Counted from the whole stretch's first letter, positions 1 to 12,872 are shown. The stretch is 63,585 nucleotides of DNA, filler included, from Octopus bimaculoides (GCF_001194135.2; 8 parts of 7 records of this genome joined end to end with filler, not necessarily neighbours in it); one strand, 5' to 3'. Notes: a model not told the origin generated them from the letters alone. Program-made: numbers and translations.

Positions 1-310
1 GTGTTATATTGCTGCTTTCAACTAATTTTCCTCTTTTCAGGGTTGCTTTTGCACATTTTTCTAATCCGAATTTCATATCTATTTCCTTGGTAAAGCCGTG
101 TACTGTCTGTAGTAGTGTTTCTAGCTCTTTGTCGTTTTTAGCATATAATTTTAGGTCATCCATATATAGAAGGTGGCTGACTGTTTTTCCGTAGCATTTG
201 TAACCGCATCCAATTCTATTTAGCAAATCTGTTAAAGGTGTGAGTGCCAGGCAGAACAGGAGTGGAGAGAGCGTGTCTCCCTGGAATATTCCTCTTCTAA
301 TGGGGATGGC
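1..310 (-). mobile_element. R4/Dong-like (RLE-type) non-LTR retrotransposon, reverse-transcriptase fragment
   Basis: Manual translation is stop-free: IPIRRGIFQGDTLSPLLFCLAL...SHLLYMDDLKLYAKNDKELETLLQTVHGFTKEIDMKFGLEKCAK. QGDxLSP and YMDDLKLYAK are typical of this clade. It abuts (TTA)n at 311-350. Confidence 0.85.
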
Positions 311-349
<39 letters not shown>

Positions 350-1054
350 GTTATTATTTTAGATTGATGGAATAGAAGAAGAGGTAGAGTATTTAAGTAA
401 TTGTGTTACTGTTTTCAGTTTCTTGAATTTATTTTTCAAATTAGTCTCGTAGGGGGCAACTTGTTCTTTTATTTTTCCTGCACGAAATAATAACTACTAA
501 TCATAGTCTAGAGCCAGTTTAATTGACTAAGCACTCTGTCTGTGAACCCATGACCTTCTTGTGATGTTAGACCTCATCATCACCATTATTGTAAAGATTA
601 TCTTATAATTTATTTATTGTCCATATACATATATTATGAGACAGTGAATGAAGACGACTCGTGATACAATATAAAAGAGTGCAGTAATTCTAAATTTGTA
701 TGGATGCAATTACTTTCAGTGCTAATGAAGACAGAGAAATAAGGAAGAGTTTGTTGATCAAACAAATGGATGGTATAAGAGAGAGAGAGAGAGAGAGGAA
801 GGGAGGGAGAGAGAGTATAATGAAAGTAGGTCTAACAGAGGGTCCTGTTGTATTAGGATGGTAAATAAAGGGATTAATAACAGACATGAAAATTAGAAAT
901 GCAGCAGGATCTTCAGATATAGGTTGCTGAAAGCATCACTGCAGATCGATTTTTACATTAGTCAGGTGCATATTTAATCAGATTGTTCAGAAAGGTGTTA
1001 GCGTAGATAACAAGATGACTGACAATGCAGCTCAATCATGCTAGACTTCTGAAC

Positions 1055-1073
1055 TTATATCAAGAACATTGTG
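1055..1073 (-). CDS. Putative terminal coding exon of unidentified minus-strand gene (S)TMFLI*
   Basis: Long polypyrimidine tract ending ...ccacaaatag. A phase-2 start matches the upstream exon and gives AGC ACA ATG TTC TTG ATA TAA. Candidate AATAAA signals lie near 610-620. Confidence 0.6.
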
Positions 1074-1213
1074 CTATTTGTGGATAGTTAGAGAAGACGG
1101 AAGAGAAAAAAAAAACAGCAAAAACGTATTAGTTAAAATGAGACACTGAGAGTGTTATATGAGAAAATGAGAGGTCATAGAAAAAAACATTGCATCATTA
1201 ATATTCAACTGAC

Positions 1214-1452
1214 CTGTGATTTGTGGCAGATTTAGGTGTTCCTGGGCTGTATATTGGAGATATTGACTTGTTACTAAAGACATCATCTTCAAGTTCATCT
1301 GTACTGTCGGATGGACTGTCAATCATAAGATTAGTCTTGTCACCTTCTTTCTTTCTATGTTTCAAGCGCCAACTGCTACGAGTACTTCCTCGACTGCTTG
1401 TACGACGGAGACGGGGGGATGGTCTTGGTGAACCTCGGAAACTAAGTGAAAC
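1214..1452 (-). CDS. Internal coding exon, Ser/Arg/Pro-rich (VSLSFRGSPRPSPRLRRTSSRGSTRSSWRLKHRKKEGDK...PKSATNH)
   Basis: Acceptor ttttaaccacag, donor AG|GTCAGT, 239 nt open, phase 0 to 2, compatible with both neighbours. Confidence 0.85.
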
Positions 1453-1665
1453 CTGTGGTTAAAAGATAGTGAGTTGTACTTGATGGTCCATTCACTGACA
1501 ATATAATGATTAGGAGGAAATATTGCACTAAATTTTGGAATATATGGTCAACATTTTTGTATAAAAATTTTATTATTAAAAAATACACCATATACATACT
1601 ATATATATTGGCTACTAAAAAATACTCCCTACCCTGTAATTGCTAGCTTTGTGCCAACATTTGAA

Positions 1666-1715
<50 letters not shown>

Positions 1716-1717
<2 letters not shown>

Positions 1718-1850
1718 TTCCACTGAGGTCGACTTTGCCTTTCAACCTTTTAGAGTCAACAAAATAAGTATCAGTTGAGTCCTGGGGTTGGTGTAATCGA
1801 CTATATCCCTCCCCCAACTTTCAGGCCTTGTACCTAGAGTAGAAAGGATG
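1716..1850 (+). mobile_element. 5'-truncated tRNA-derived SINE (family A) embedded in (ATT)n
   Basis: Shares GAGGTCGACTTTGCCTTTCA...AATAAGTA body with copies at 23246, 27346, 36276 and 40613. Confidence 0.8.
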
Positions 1851-1866
1851 ATTATTATCATCATCA

Positions 1867-1916
<50 letters not shown>

Positions 1917-2442
1917 GTTATTAATATAATATTATCATCTCATGATAGCCAAACAAATCCAGCATTCATTAGATATGTTTGAATGGAACAGTATGGCCTG
2001 TGTTCTTTGTCAGTAGAGGCCTTATATGCAAGTGTATGTTGTTAAGTAAGATTTTGATTTGATTGACTTTGAAAGTAGTGCTCCAGAATGGTTGCAGTTC
2101 AATGATTGAAACCATCAAATGAGTAAAAGAATGCATAAGTTTTGCAAAAATACATGCTATCTACAGTTACAAATACACAACCAAACCGGCATAACAGTAC
2201 AAAAACACACCCCATGAATATAAAGGTTGCTCTTGTCAGCACTGCTATCTTTGATTAAATTCAGCTTAGAAGAATACATAACTTTCTTTCACAAATATAA
2301 CAAAAAACAACCCCCCCCCCAAAAAAAAATAAACAACAACCTCCAAACAGTTTCTCCCTCTCTCTCTGCGCATATGTGTTTGTATATGTAAGTGTGCTTA
2401 TAAAAGTATTTGTATTTGTGTTTGAATCGATGCATATATGTG

Positions 2443-2475
<33 letters not shown>

Positions 2476-3331
2476 NNNNNNNNNNNNNNNNNNNNNNNNN
2501 NNNNNNNNNNNNNNNNNNNNNNNNNNNNNNNNNNNNNNNNNNNNNNNNNNNNNNNNNNNNNNNNNNNNNNNNNNNNNNNNNNNNNNNNNNNNNNNNNNNN
2601 NNNNNNNNNNNNNNNNNNNNNNNNNNNNNNNNNNNNNNNNNNNNNNNNNNNNNNNNNNNNNNNNNNNNNNNNNNNNNNNNNNNNNNNNNNNNNNNNNNNN
2701 NNNNNNNNNNNNNNNNNNNNNNNNNNNNNNNNNNNNNNNNNNNNNNNNNNNNNNNNNNNNNNNNNNNNNNNNNNNNNNNNNNNNNNNNNNNNNNNNNNNN
2801 NNNNNNNNNNNNNNNNNNNNNNNNNNNNNNNNNNNNNNNNNNNNNNNNNNNNNNNNNNNNNNNNNNNNNNNNNNNNNNNNNNNNNNNNNNNNNNNNNNNN
2901 NNNNNNNNNNNNNNNNNNNNNNNNNNNNNNNNNNNNNNNNNNNNNNNNNNNNNNNNNNNNNNNNNNNNNNNNNNNNNNNNNNNNNNNNNNNNNNNNNNNN
3001 NNNNNNNNNNNNNNNNNNNNNNNNNNNNNNNNNNNNNNNNNNNNNNNNNNNNNNNNNNNNNNNNNNNNNNNNNNNNNNNNNNNNNNNNNNNNNNNNNNNN
3101 NNNNNNNNNNNNNNNNNNNNNNNNNNNNNNNNNNNNNNNNNNNNNNNNNNNNNNNNNNNNNNNNNNNNNNNNNNNNNNNNNNNNNNNNNNNNNNNNNNNN
3201 NNNNNNNNNNNNNNNNNNNNNNNNNNNNNNNNNNNNNNNNNNNNNNNNNNNNNNNNNNNNNNNNNNNNNNNNNNNNNNNNNNNNNNNNNNNNNNNNNNNN
3301 NNNNNNNNNNNNNNNNNNNNNNNNNNNNNNN

Positions 3332-3537
3332 AAGCAAATTAAATAAAATTTGGAATTTTTTGCAGAAGGTGAAAGTGTTAACAAGAACAGGACAGTGAGA
3401 ACAAGACAGTAAAAACAAGACACTAAAAACAAACGATGAGGGCTGTTTTTCTGTTTTTACTGTCTTGTTCTCACTGTCCTGTTCTTGTTAACACTTTCAC
3501 CGTCCTCAAAAAATTCCAAATTTTATCTAATTTGCTT
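3332..3537. repeat. Near-perfect inverted repeat (about 85-bp arms, about 35-nt spacer); foldback/MITE-like
   Basis: 3332-3417 is the reverse complement of 3452-3537 with only a few mismatches. Confidence 0.9.
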
Positions 3538-4144
3538 TGCGGGAAGGACTGCTCCAACGAAGTCATGTATTGTCCTTACCTTTGAAACGTGGAGTAGATG
3601 GAACAGGGACAACTGATGAAGGGATATACTCTTTATGTTGCATGTCTCGTTTCTCTGTTTGTTTTTTTTCATCGTTCGAAAGAAGTTCGTTTTCTGTTTT
3701 CATTTTTATGCTTTTGTTTCTCATTGTGCTTAACGTTTTTTTTTATGTCCTGTACCCATATATGCATGTATGTATAGCTATAGTTGTAGGTATGTACATA
3801 TATGTATGGATATATGCATATATCTCTATATTATTATATGAGCGAATGCCACTCATCCTTTTCCAAGTATGTATATATATATNNNNNNNNNNNNNNNNNN
3901 NNNNNNNNNNNNNNNNNNNNNNNNNNNNNNNNNNNNNNNNNNNNNNNNNNNNNNNNNNNNNNNNNNNNNNNNNNNNNNNNNNNNNNNNNNNNNNNNNNNN
4001 NNNNNNNNNNNNNNNNNNNNNNNNNNNNNNNNNNNNNNNNNNNNNNNNNNNNNNNNNNNNNNNNNNNNNNNNNNNNNNNNNNNNNNNNNNNNTGTGTGTG
4101 TGTGTGTGTGTGTGTACAATTATGTGCTTTGACTTTAAGGGTAT

Positions 4145-4277
4145 CATGAAAGGCCTGGCTGGAGACCTAACCTTCTGAGTTCTTTCACAGGGCTTAGAAA
4201 AACTGAAGGACCACTGCATTAAGTGTGTGAATGAATAAAATCACAAATTACCGAAAGCCAGAAACTTTCCAGCTCCT
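4145..4277 (+). mobile_element. Partial mariner-type MITE (same family as 37006-37223 and about 49530-49700)
   Basis: Shared AAGGCCTGG...AGAAAAACTGAAGGAC...AAGTGTGTGAAT...AAGCCAG(G)AACTTT sequence. Confidence 0.65.
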
Positions 4278-4465
4278 ATACATACAAACATACATACATA
4301 CATACATATGGAACTTTGGGATTTTCCATCAGCTTGAGGGGATCAGCTTTGTTAGGGGCTGGCGAAACTTAAAGTAGCACAGAATCCAAATCAAACTATT
4401 TTGAATAATACATGTAACTCATAATAAATGTGCTGAGTGCCCTTTCTTTCATTTGTCCACTGACT

Positions 4466-4508
<43 letters not shown>

Positions 4509-4645
4509 CTGGAGAGAGAGAAACATGCTCATGTATGTATGTGTGTGTGTGAGTACTGAAGTTGTACTTGTTTGACAAGTAACATGATCTAAGACCGAGC
4601 ATTGAAACAGAAACAATTGCACCATGCAGGAATTATTCTAACCAT

Positions 4646-5080
4646 TTAACCTTTTCCTTACTATTTTTCTTTTGAAATACATTGCATTTATTTCAATTAA
4701 TTTTTTAAAAGAATGAAGAATTCAGTAAAATACTTAGGTCATTATTAAACTGCTGCTTGGAATATAAATTAGCATAACATTTTGAAGGGAGGCTTTAATT
4801 AAGATTTAAAGTGTGTTTGTCAAGGGGAATTTCAGGAGAGTAGTAAGAACATGCGAAAACATTAACAATTTTGCTTCTAAACCGGCCATATCTGGTTAAA
4901 ATATTCTACCTGTTTTATGACCAGATCTGGCCTCTCACACCAACCCTATAGTCTCATTCTAAATGTTTACAGTTACCTCTTCAAAATCTCAAAGGTACAA
5001 CATAATGCATGATTAATACAGAAAAATGAAGATAAATAAAATTTACTTCTGACTGAATAACGTGAACACTGGAGGGTTAA
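4646..5080. mobile_element. Possible TTAA-bounded non-autonomous DNA element(s) (piggyBac-MITE-like); similar ends at about 17349-17577
   Basis: Begins TTAACCTTT and ends GAGGGTTAA. The internal TIR match is weak. Confidence 0.35.
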
Positions 5081-5160
5081 GAGGGGAAAAGATCGATGAT
5101 GGAAAGAGAAGTTCAGTGTATGAGAAACTGAAAGAGAAAATAATAAAATGCATCACTTAC

Positions 5161-5450
5161 TGATGATCTATCGGAGGATTCAACTGATAAGGAGCTCCGA
5201 TGAACTGTTGATTGGCGCTGAAGTACTGGTCTGATTACAGATAATTTATTGTTAGTGTCTTTGGTAAGCATCTCGTTCGGGGAACCTTGGGGTGTGGCCA
5301 TGGGTGTTGCTGCTGTATGTGTGATGATAGGAGGGTTGCCTGGACCATCAGGCAAAGGTATCGCTGCTAGTTCTCGTGATAAACACATATTCATTGAGGA
5401 AGTCAAAGGATCTGTTGCACCTGCACAAGGCAATGCTAACATCTTCTTTT
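5161..5450 (-). CDS. Internal coding exon (KKMLALPCAGATDPLTSSMNMCLSRELAAIPLPDG...ESSDRSS)
   Basis: Acceptor ctttttgcag, donor TCA|GTAAGT, 290 nt open (core of ORF 5113..5442), phase 1 to 0, higher GC than the flanks. Confidence 0.88.
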
Positions 5451-5639
5451 CTGCAAAAAGACATTGAATGGGTTGTAGTTTTTAACATCATATTTTAAAA
5501 TATTCAATAGTCATTTACGTTTTTATTTTATAATTTTATATCTTACTATCTTTTATCATTTACTTGTTTCAGTCATTAGAAGAAATTTTAGTCAAATGAA
5601 TCAAACTTAGTACTTATTATTTTTAAACCTGGTACTTAT

Positions 5640-5950
5640 TGTGAAATTGTAGTTGTGGCTGTTGCCAGTGTCATGTAAATGGCACCTGCCTATGAAATCT
5701 TAGTCATGGCTGTTGCTGGTGTCATGTAAAGGGCATCCATGACATCATAGTTGTGGCTGTTATGGAAATGGCACCCATGCTGGGTGCACATAAAAGACAC
5801 TCATTACACTCTTGGAATGTAATGGGTGCTTTTTAGAAATCAAGCCAAAACAGATTATGAAACCTGGTGCAGTTCTCTAGCTTACCAGTTCTGGTCACGT
5901 CTAACCCATGCCAGCATGGAAAACAGATGTTAAATGATGATCATGATGAT
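5640..5950 (+). mobile_element. Old Nin-domain-like SINE (family D) with internal tandem units and GATGAT tail
   Basis: 3' end ACCCATGCCAGCATGGAAAACAGATGTTAAATGATGAT matches the reverse complement of copies at 10589, 20165, 21830 and 60965. Confidence 0.7.
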
Positions 5951-5989
5951 GATTATATATATATATATGTATGTATGTATGTATATATA

Positions 5990-6138
5990 TGCACGATGGG
6001 CTTCTTTCACTCACAAGGCTTTGGTCAGCCCTAGGCTATAGTAGAAGACACTTGCCCAAAGTGTCACACTGTGGGAGTGAACTCAGAACTATGTGTTAGG
6101 GGAGCAAGCATCTTACCACATAACCATGCCTGCACCTA
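5990..6138 (-). mobile_element. tRNA-derived SINE family B, 5' part
   Basis: Reverse complement reads GGTGCAGGCATGGTTATGTGGTAAGATGCTTGCT...TTGGGCAAGTGTCTTCTACTATAGCC (A/B-box head plus conserved central domain). Confidence 0.7.
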
Positions 6139-6829
6139 TGTTTGTATTCTTCAAAATTTTCATTAGGGATTGTATAAAACAACAAATTAAAGTGATTTGC
6201 ATGTATCATTATTGCAAGTGATTTGCAACTTGATGCCCTTTCTAACCCAATGCTGACAACTTAGATATTAAATGACAGGATTTTCTGTATTCTATAAGAG
6301 GCAGTAATTCACATACAAAAAAAGTACTTGTGCATTAAAATTAATATACATCAAGTCATCACCCAACAGCTTGCTTATATTATGTTTTGCTATTCATATT
6401 TTATCTAAAAAATACATTACAAATATATTAAATCTTCACGTGTCATGAAATAGCATGCTAGAGATACACTCATAACAGCTAATAGTTTAAAAATAAAAAC
6501 TGACTGCATCATTTTAATCCTTCAACTTCCCTGCATGACAAGCTTAACAATAAAATTCTAAGTAACTTTACTTCTACAAATGTTGGAAAAATTGAAATTC
6601 CTTTGTCAGCTTCCATATATGATATATGATCTTTTTAAAGGTTTTCTCTCAAATTTTATACTTTTTCTTTTCAGAATAGTTTTAAAAAATCCTTTAAAAC
6701 TAACATAATGGAAGATTTGAAAGATCATAACAGTGATAAAAAAAAAAATAGATACGTCTTTATTCTGTAAATCTATCCTGCTATTGGTAAATTATCTGTG
6801 ATATCCTCTGAGATAATATAATGGATATG

Positions 6830-6865
6830 TATGTATATGTGTGAGTGTGTGTATTTATGTATATA

Positions 6866-6901
<36 letters not shown>

Positions 6902-6982
6902 CATACATGCATACATACATATATATATATATACATATACATATATATACAAATACATATATATATATATATATATATACAT

Positions 6983-7017
<35 letters not shown>

Positions 7018-7127
7018 CATGCACACATACATATACATAGATACATGTATATATATGTATGTGTTTGTGTGTGTGTGTGTGTGTGCATGTATATATATTT
7101 ATATATGTACATACAATACATACATAC

Positions 7128-7158
<31 letters not shown>

Positions 7159-7200
7159 TATATGTACATATATATATATATATATACACACACATGCATA
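6830..7200. repeat. Compound (AT)n/(CA)n microsatellite field, representative of dozens in the window (also (ATT)n, (CTAT)n 10370-10490 and 36930-37005, (GA)n 24168-24250)
   Basis: Directly visible simple repeats; most N gaps start or end in them. Confidence 0.97.
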
Positions 7201-7619
7201 CTTATGTGATGAAGGGTCTTGGTGTTAAATTGTCAGAAAAATAATCTTCAAACAGATCAGTCATTTACAATCTACTTAAGGAAATAGAAGAAATAAGAAT
7301 TTTCTTCCTCTTAATCAGAGCAAAGTATTTGTCTCCTCTAACATTATTTCTAAAAGTTGTTAGCTATTGCAATCCTTTTCTCTTTGCACAAAGGGTGTGA
7401 AATTTAAAACCAAATCTTCAAAGTTATTGTTCTTGTATTTTTTCAGAATTTCATTTAAATAATTATTCAACCCTGAAAATATGTAAGTCAAATTTGACCT
7501 TGGTGGACTTTGAACTTGGACTATTGAGATGTGGGATGAATACTACAAGTCACTCCAACAACCGTACCTATTTGAAATCCTCTTGTATTGATGTTTTGAT
7601 ATGGATATATGCTGTTTTC

Positions 7620-7829
7620 AGATTTTGGCACAAAGCCATCAATTGTGGGGGAGGAGCTAAGTCGATTACATCGGACCCAGTGTTCAAATGATACTTATTT
7701 TATCGACTCCTGACAGAATGAAAGGCTAAGTTCACCTTCGCAGTATTTGAACTCAGAATGTAAAGGTAGAAGAAATGCCACTAAGCACGTTTTTCCAGTA
7801 TGGTAATGGTTCTGCCAGCTCGCTGCCTT
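7620..7829 (-). mobile_element. SINE family A, CpG-eroded copy
   Basis: Reverse complement begins AAGGCAGCGAGCTGGCAGAACC. Further degraded copies lie at about 15495-15665 and 17700-17860. Confidence 0.8.
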
Positions 7830-7959
7830 AATATGGATGTCTATTAATAGCATTGTTTAGCCTCATGTCAATTGTGGCTGAGTAAACCTAAGATCAAAGA
7901 CATTCCAGCTATGACCATAGTATAGTATTTTAAGACATAATATAACTAGTACTCTGTTA

Positions 7960-8425
7960 CAGGGTCCAGTTCTAGTGGTGGTGTGGTGAGCCGCATGTCT
8001 CAATGACACTGAGAGTTATGCCAGCTGATTGGAAGTTCCTGTTAGGTCCCTCTCATACTGAATAGGTGAAAGGGTAGAGGCCATACTAATATGGACCATC
8101 TATTCCCAGAGGTAAATTTGGGTTTACTTAGGGCCAAGTACTCCTACCTAGAAAAAAAGCAAAGTTACTAAAGCATCAATGATACTTCAAAACCAAGAAA
8201 ACCTTGGAGAAGGAGACCTTCCATCAGAGAAACATATGAATCTAGAAGGAAGGTGGAAGAGAGGACGCCCTAAAAGTAACAGTAGGAAAGATACTGAAAT
8301 AGAGCTGAAAAAGCAGAGACGCAACTGAAGGGAAGCAAAAGAAGAAGCCTAGAGGTCAAGAATGGAGGCATAAAGTTGTCAATTGTTTATGCTCTATAGG
8401 GAGTGAAGACCTTAAAGAAAGAGTA
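7960..8425 (+). mobile_element. Degraded element with RTE-like 3' end
   Basis: 3' end translates EWRHKVVNCLCSIGSEDLK, resembling RTE ORF termini. Confidence 0.4.
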
Positions 8426-10369
8426 CTTTGGGCTAGATTATTCTATGAGTCTTTGTTTTATTAAGCTGTTGAGATATGATTTAAGAGGTAATCAGCTGTT
8501 ATTTGTAGCAGGTTAAGCAATAAATACTTTGTCACTGGTTTGTGAACACGTGGCTGCTGTTTAACCACAGGACAGTTCTGAGCAAGCAGATATATAACCA
8601 AAAATATTCCAGATATAACCATTCAATCTTCTTCAGATACAATATTTCTAAGACTACATTATTTACTTTCTGCTTTTAAGGTGGTATGGAAGATAATTTT
8701 AGGGAAATTTAACTGCTATTTCATGTAGGTCATGCAGCAGAATAGGAACCCCTTCATTGGCTCATAAACAAATGTGTGATATGGACATTTATCAACAATA
8801 AAGAATATATACCTAGTGGTTATGCGTGTGTGAGTGTGTGTGCATGTGCATACATGCATGTGTCTATGTAGAAGTAGTAGGTTATTTGCAGTTGATGGTG
8901 TCTGAAGTTAAGATAGCCGAACTGAACTTCACATATAAGTTCATGCAATATTGAAACTTATATGAATAGTTTATTGAACTAATACATGGATAACTCTGAG
9001 TCTGATAAATGTGTGTGTATATTTCATGGGCATGTGTCTGTGTGAGTGTATATATGTACATAATTTCACAAAGTGTGGGATTACTAGCAAAATACTTAAT
9101 TCCAAAATTTCAAAATCTAATGCAGAAGAGCTGAAGCTTGCTGATACTACCATTGCATAGAAGAGACTAAAAACTTTCATCATTCGAAGCTAATTTTACA
9201 ATTCTTAGGCTTTTTCCTGTTTTTTCTTTTACAAATTTAAATATTCTGTTGTTTCTGGTTCTGGTCAGAAAAAAAACAAATGTTTTATTATTTGCTGTTT
9301 ATCTTTAAGAGTTGTTGCATTTATAACAACTTGCTACTTCTTTACAAAATATAGAATGTCTCTGCTAATGATCTAATTCACTTCCTTGTGGGTTTTCAGT
9401 TTTATTATTATATTTTTATTTTTATTATGTATGTCCTTTTAAGGATTGAAAAATACATTAATAAAAAAATGAAAACAAAAACAAGGCAAAGTGCCCCACC
9501 CCCACCTACCACTGTAAAAAAAAATATAAAGCAAAGGAAAGAACCCTTGAATAAATAATTTTATAAATAAATAGTTTAACTGAGGCTTGTTTTTTAACCT
9601 TTTCTCAATTTAATCTGGGGAAAAGGTTGTCACATGATTATTTCTTCATTAATTTAGAAAATAAATAAACCAGGAACATGGTAATTAACTTTCTTCTAGG
9701 AAATTCATTATTGGTTTCTCTATTTTTTGTTTTTGTCAATTTTTTTTTAGAAAAATAACAGTAAAAATGAAAAAAAAGAAACAAAAAACAAAAGGATCAT
9801 AATGTTAATAATAAAAAAAATATTAACTTCAAATTAAACATGCCAATTTTAATTAAATATTCAATGAAAAAAGATTGGAGATCTTATTAGTAGAATAAAG
9901 GTTTCTTGAAATTTAAGTAGTTCTGTTAAAGGTAAAAAAAAAAAGAAGTCATTTCATTTTAGTTGCAAAACATGTGGAGGGGATGTTTGCAATCAAGTGT
10001 CACAAAATGAATGACATAAAAATAATGGTAATCATGGTGGTCATGGTAAAGGAGTTATAAAGAGAATGAAAATAGAAAGAGAAAAGTATAAAGAGAGAAA
10101 ATATATAATATAAAGGAGTATAAAAGAAATACAAAATGAAGAAATGATTTTGAAGACTAAGAATCATATGAACACAAGATATATAAAAACGACAATAAAG
10201 AGAATGTAAGAATAGTTTTGAAGTATAAAAATAAACAAATGAAGTATTACCTATTTCATTAGAGGAAGAATGTTTGGTGGATTTGCTTTAAAGAAAAATG
10301 GCTAGAATCTCAGGCCAAACAAAGCTTTGAGAGTGAATTTAGTAGAAGAAAACTGGAAAAAGACCTTTA

Positions 10370-10446
<77 letters not shown>

Positions 10447-10500
10447 GTCTATCTGTCTATCTATTTGTCTATCTATCTATCTATCTATCTATATACACAG

Positions 10501-10539
<39 letters not shown>

Positions 10540-10588
10540 TTATATATATGTATATATATATATATGTATATATATATGTTCTTTCTTT

Positions 10589-10786
10589 CGTTTAACGTCC
10601 GCTTTCCATGCTAGCATGGGTTGGACGATTTGACTGAGGACTGGTGAACCAGATGGCTACACCAGGCTCCAATCTGATTTGGCAGAGTTTCTATAGCTGG
10701 ATGTCCTTCCTAATGCCAACCACTCCGAGAGTGTAGTGGGTGCTTTTACATGCCAGTGGCACGAAGGCCAGTCAGAAGGTACTGGC
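10589..10786 (-). mobile_element. Nin-domain-like SINE (family D), 3' part
   Basis: Contains the reverse complement of GTTGGCATTAGGAAGGACATCCAGCTATAGAAAC and is near-identical to 60965-61080. Confidence 0.8.
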
Positions 10787-11016
10787 AACATGTTGGAAGG
10801 TCTGCAAATTTAATAGAAACCTCAAAAGACATCTTAAGATCCACAAAGTTCAGAACCTAACTGCAGCTCTTGGTGGTCTGAATCAGATATGCAAACTATG
10901 TGGGTGTCTTTTCAAAGCATTGTCTGGTTGAAAAAGACACATCAGATGTCATGATGGTTCTAAGGTGCAGGTATAGGAGGTGGTCAAACTCTGCATAAGG
11001 AGTAGACAACCACCAA
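10787..11016 (+). mobile_element. 3' end of a LINE (RTE-like) encoding two degenerate C2H2 fingers
   Basis: CWKVCKFNRNLKRHLKIH...CKLCGCLFKALSG*KRHIRCH; homologous to 55350-55603 including the GGTGGTCAAACTCTG...GACAACCACC tail. Confidence 0.7.
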
Positions 11017-11463
11017 TATATATATATATANNNNNNNNNNNNNNNNNNNNNNNNNNNNNNNNNNNNNNNNNNNNNNNNNNNNNNNNNNNNNNNNNNNNNN
11101 NNNNNNNNNNNNNNNNNNNNNNNNNNNNNNNNNNNNNNNNNNNNNNNNNNNNNNNNNNNNNNNNNNNNNNNNNNNNNNNNNNNNNNNNNNNNNNNNNNNN
11201 NNNNNNNNNNNNNNNNNNNNNNNNNNNNNNNNNNNNNNNNNNNNNNNNNNNNNNNNNNNNNNNNNNNNNNNNNNNNNNNNNNNNNNNNNNNNNNNNNNNN
11301 NNNNNNNNNNNNNNNNNNNNNNNNNNNNNNNNNNNNNNNNNNNNNNNNNNNNNNNNNNNNNNNNNNNNNNNNNNNNNNNNNNNNNNNNNNNNNNNNNNNN
11401 NNNNNNNNNNNNNNNNNNNNNNNNNNNNNNNNNNNNNNNNNNNNNNNNNNNNNNNNNNNNNNN

Positions 11464-11535
<72 letters not shown>

Positions 11536-12173
11536 GAAGAAACTGGAATCAAAAAGGAGTACAGTTGGACATTTGTTTATTATTCATTACAATTGTTTTA
11601 ATGTAACATAGGTCTCCAAGAAAACAGGTATTTGATTATGCAATTGTGTGCTTGCATAATAAAATACTTGTATTCTTGGAGAACTACATTGCATTAAAAC
11701 AATAGTAGCGAATAATAAATGTTCAGCTGTACTCCTCTTCTTGACTCCAATTTCTTCAGTTTTTTATTCACACATGATGAATACTCAGATTCAAAACAGG
11801 AAGTATATAATAATACTACCAATAGTACTGGGTAATTCTGAAGATGGGCGAGCTTTATACTGTACTCTATCATTCTACCACATTCCTAACAGAAGGGAAA
11901 AATGTGAGCATGAAAAGTCATATTCTTAAGATTATAAACGTGGAAAAGTACAGGACAAGTTATTACACCTGTAAAAGTACAGGACAAGCTATTATTTCTA
12001 GTAAAGCAAATAATAAGAAACTTTTTACTTGAAATATTGCAGCAAAGAATGCCACTTTATTATTGTCACACTGCCTTCTGTGCATGTGTGCTTATAGTTG
12101 GCACTATTGTGGTCACATGATCGAAGTTTGAGCCTGATAATGCCATTTTTCTTTATAGCTTTACAGTGCAGGC

Positions 12174-12872
12174 ATGGCTGATCCATTAGCAATGTGCACC
12201 AAAGAAGAGCAAAGAGAGAGCAGTGATCTGATTTCTCGGAAGGTATGTCAGGTGCTGAAATTCATAGGAGGCTTTTTGCACAATACAGGGACAGTGCACT
12301 ACCATGTAGAGGTGTGTATGAGTGGGTTGAGAAGTTTAAAAGTGGCTTGACAAGCATGACACACAAAGAGGAAGCAGGACACTTGTCAACCTCCACCACT
12401 GATGAAAAGATTCAGCAAACTCGAGAGATTGTGGTAATGGTGAAGTGGTGAGTTATCATCACTGAGTTAGCTCGTTCTCTACGGATTAGTCATGGATCTG
12501 CCTATCAAATCATCCATGATGAGCTCAGCTTTCATAAAGTCTGTATAAGATGAGTGCCAAGAGAGCTTACTGCAGAGTGCAAGTGCAAACAGCTTGAGGT
12601 CTGTCAATGTTTACTCAATTACTACAACAATGAGGACGAGAAATTTTTGAACAGGATAGTCACAGGAGATGAAACGTGGGCCAATCATTATGAGGTAGAA
12701 TCAAAGAGACAGAGTATGAAGTGAAAACATCCTGGCTTGCAAGCAACGAAGAAATTCAAGACTCAGTCTTCCAAGGGAAAGGTGATGCTAACCCCTTTCT
12801 GGGTCTCAAAAGGCCTATACTGGAAGACTACTTAGAAAAGGGGTGTACGATCAACAGTGCAAGATACAGTGC
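12174..12872 (+). mobile_element. Mariner transposase relic (N-terminal two-thirds, frameshifts and stops)
   Basis: MADPLAMCTKEEQ...SGAEIHRRL...VYEWVEKFKSG..., degenerate WVPREL, IVTGDETW, GKVML motifs. Confidence 0.9.

Noticed and set aside
690-930. Minus ORF 690..887 as the last coding exon
   Set aside because: It needs phase 0 whereas the upstream exon ends in phase 2, and it runs through a (CT)n repeat; more likely 3' UTR.
1223-5467. Plus-strand ORFs 1223..1462 and 5249..5467
   Set aside because: They are antisense shadows of the minus-strand exons, which carry the splice signals.
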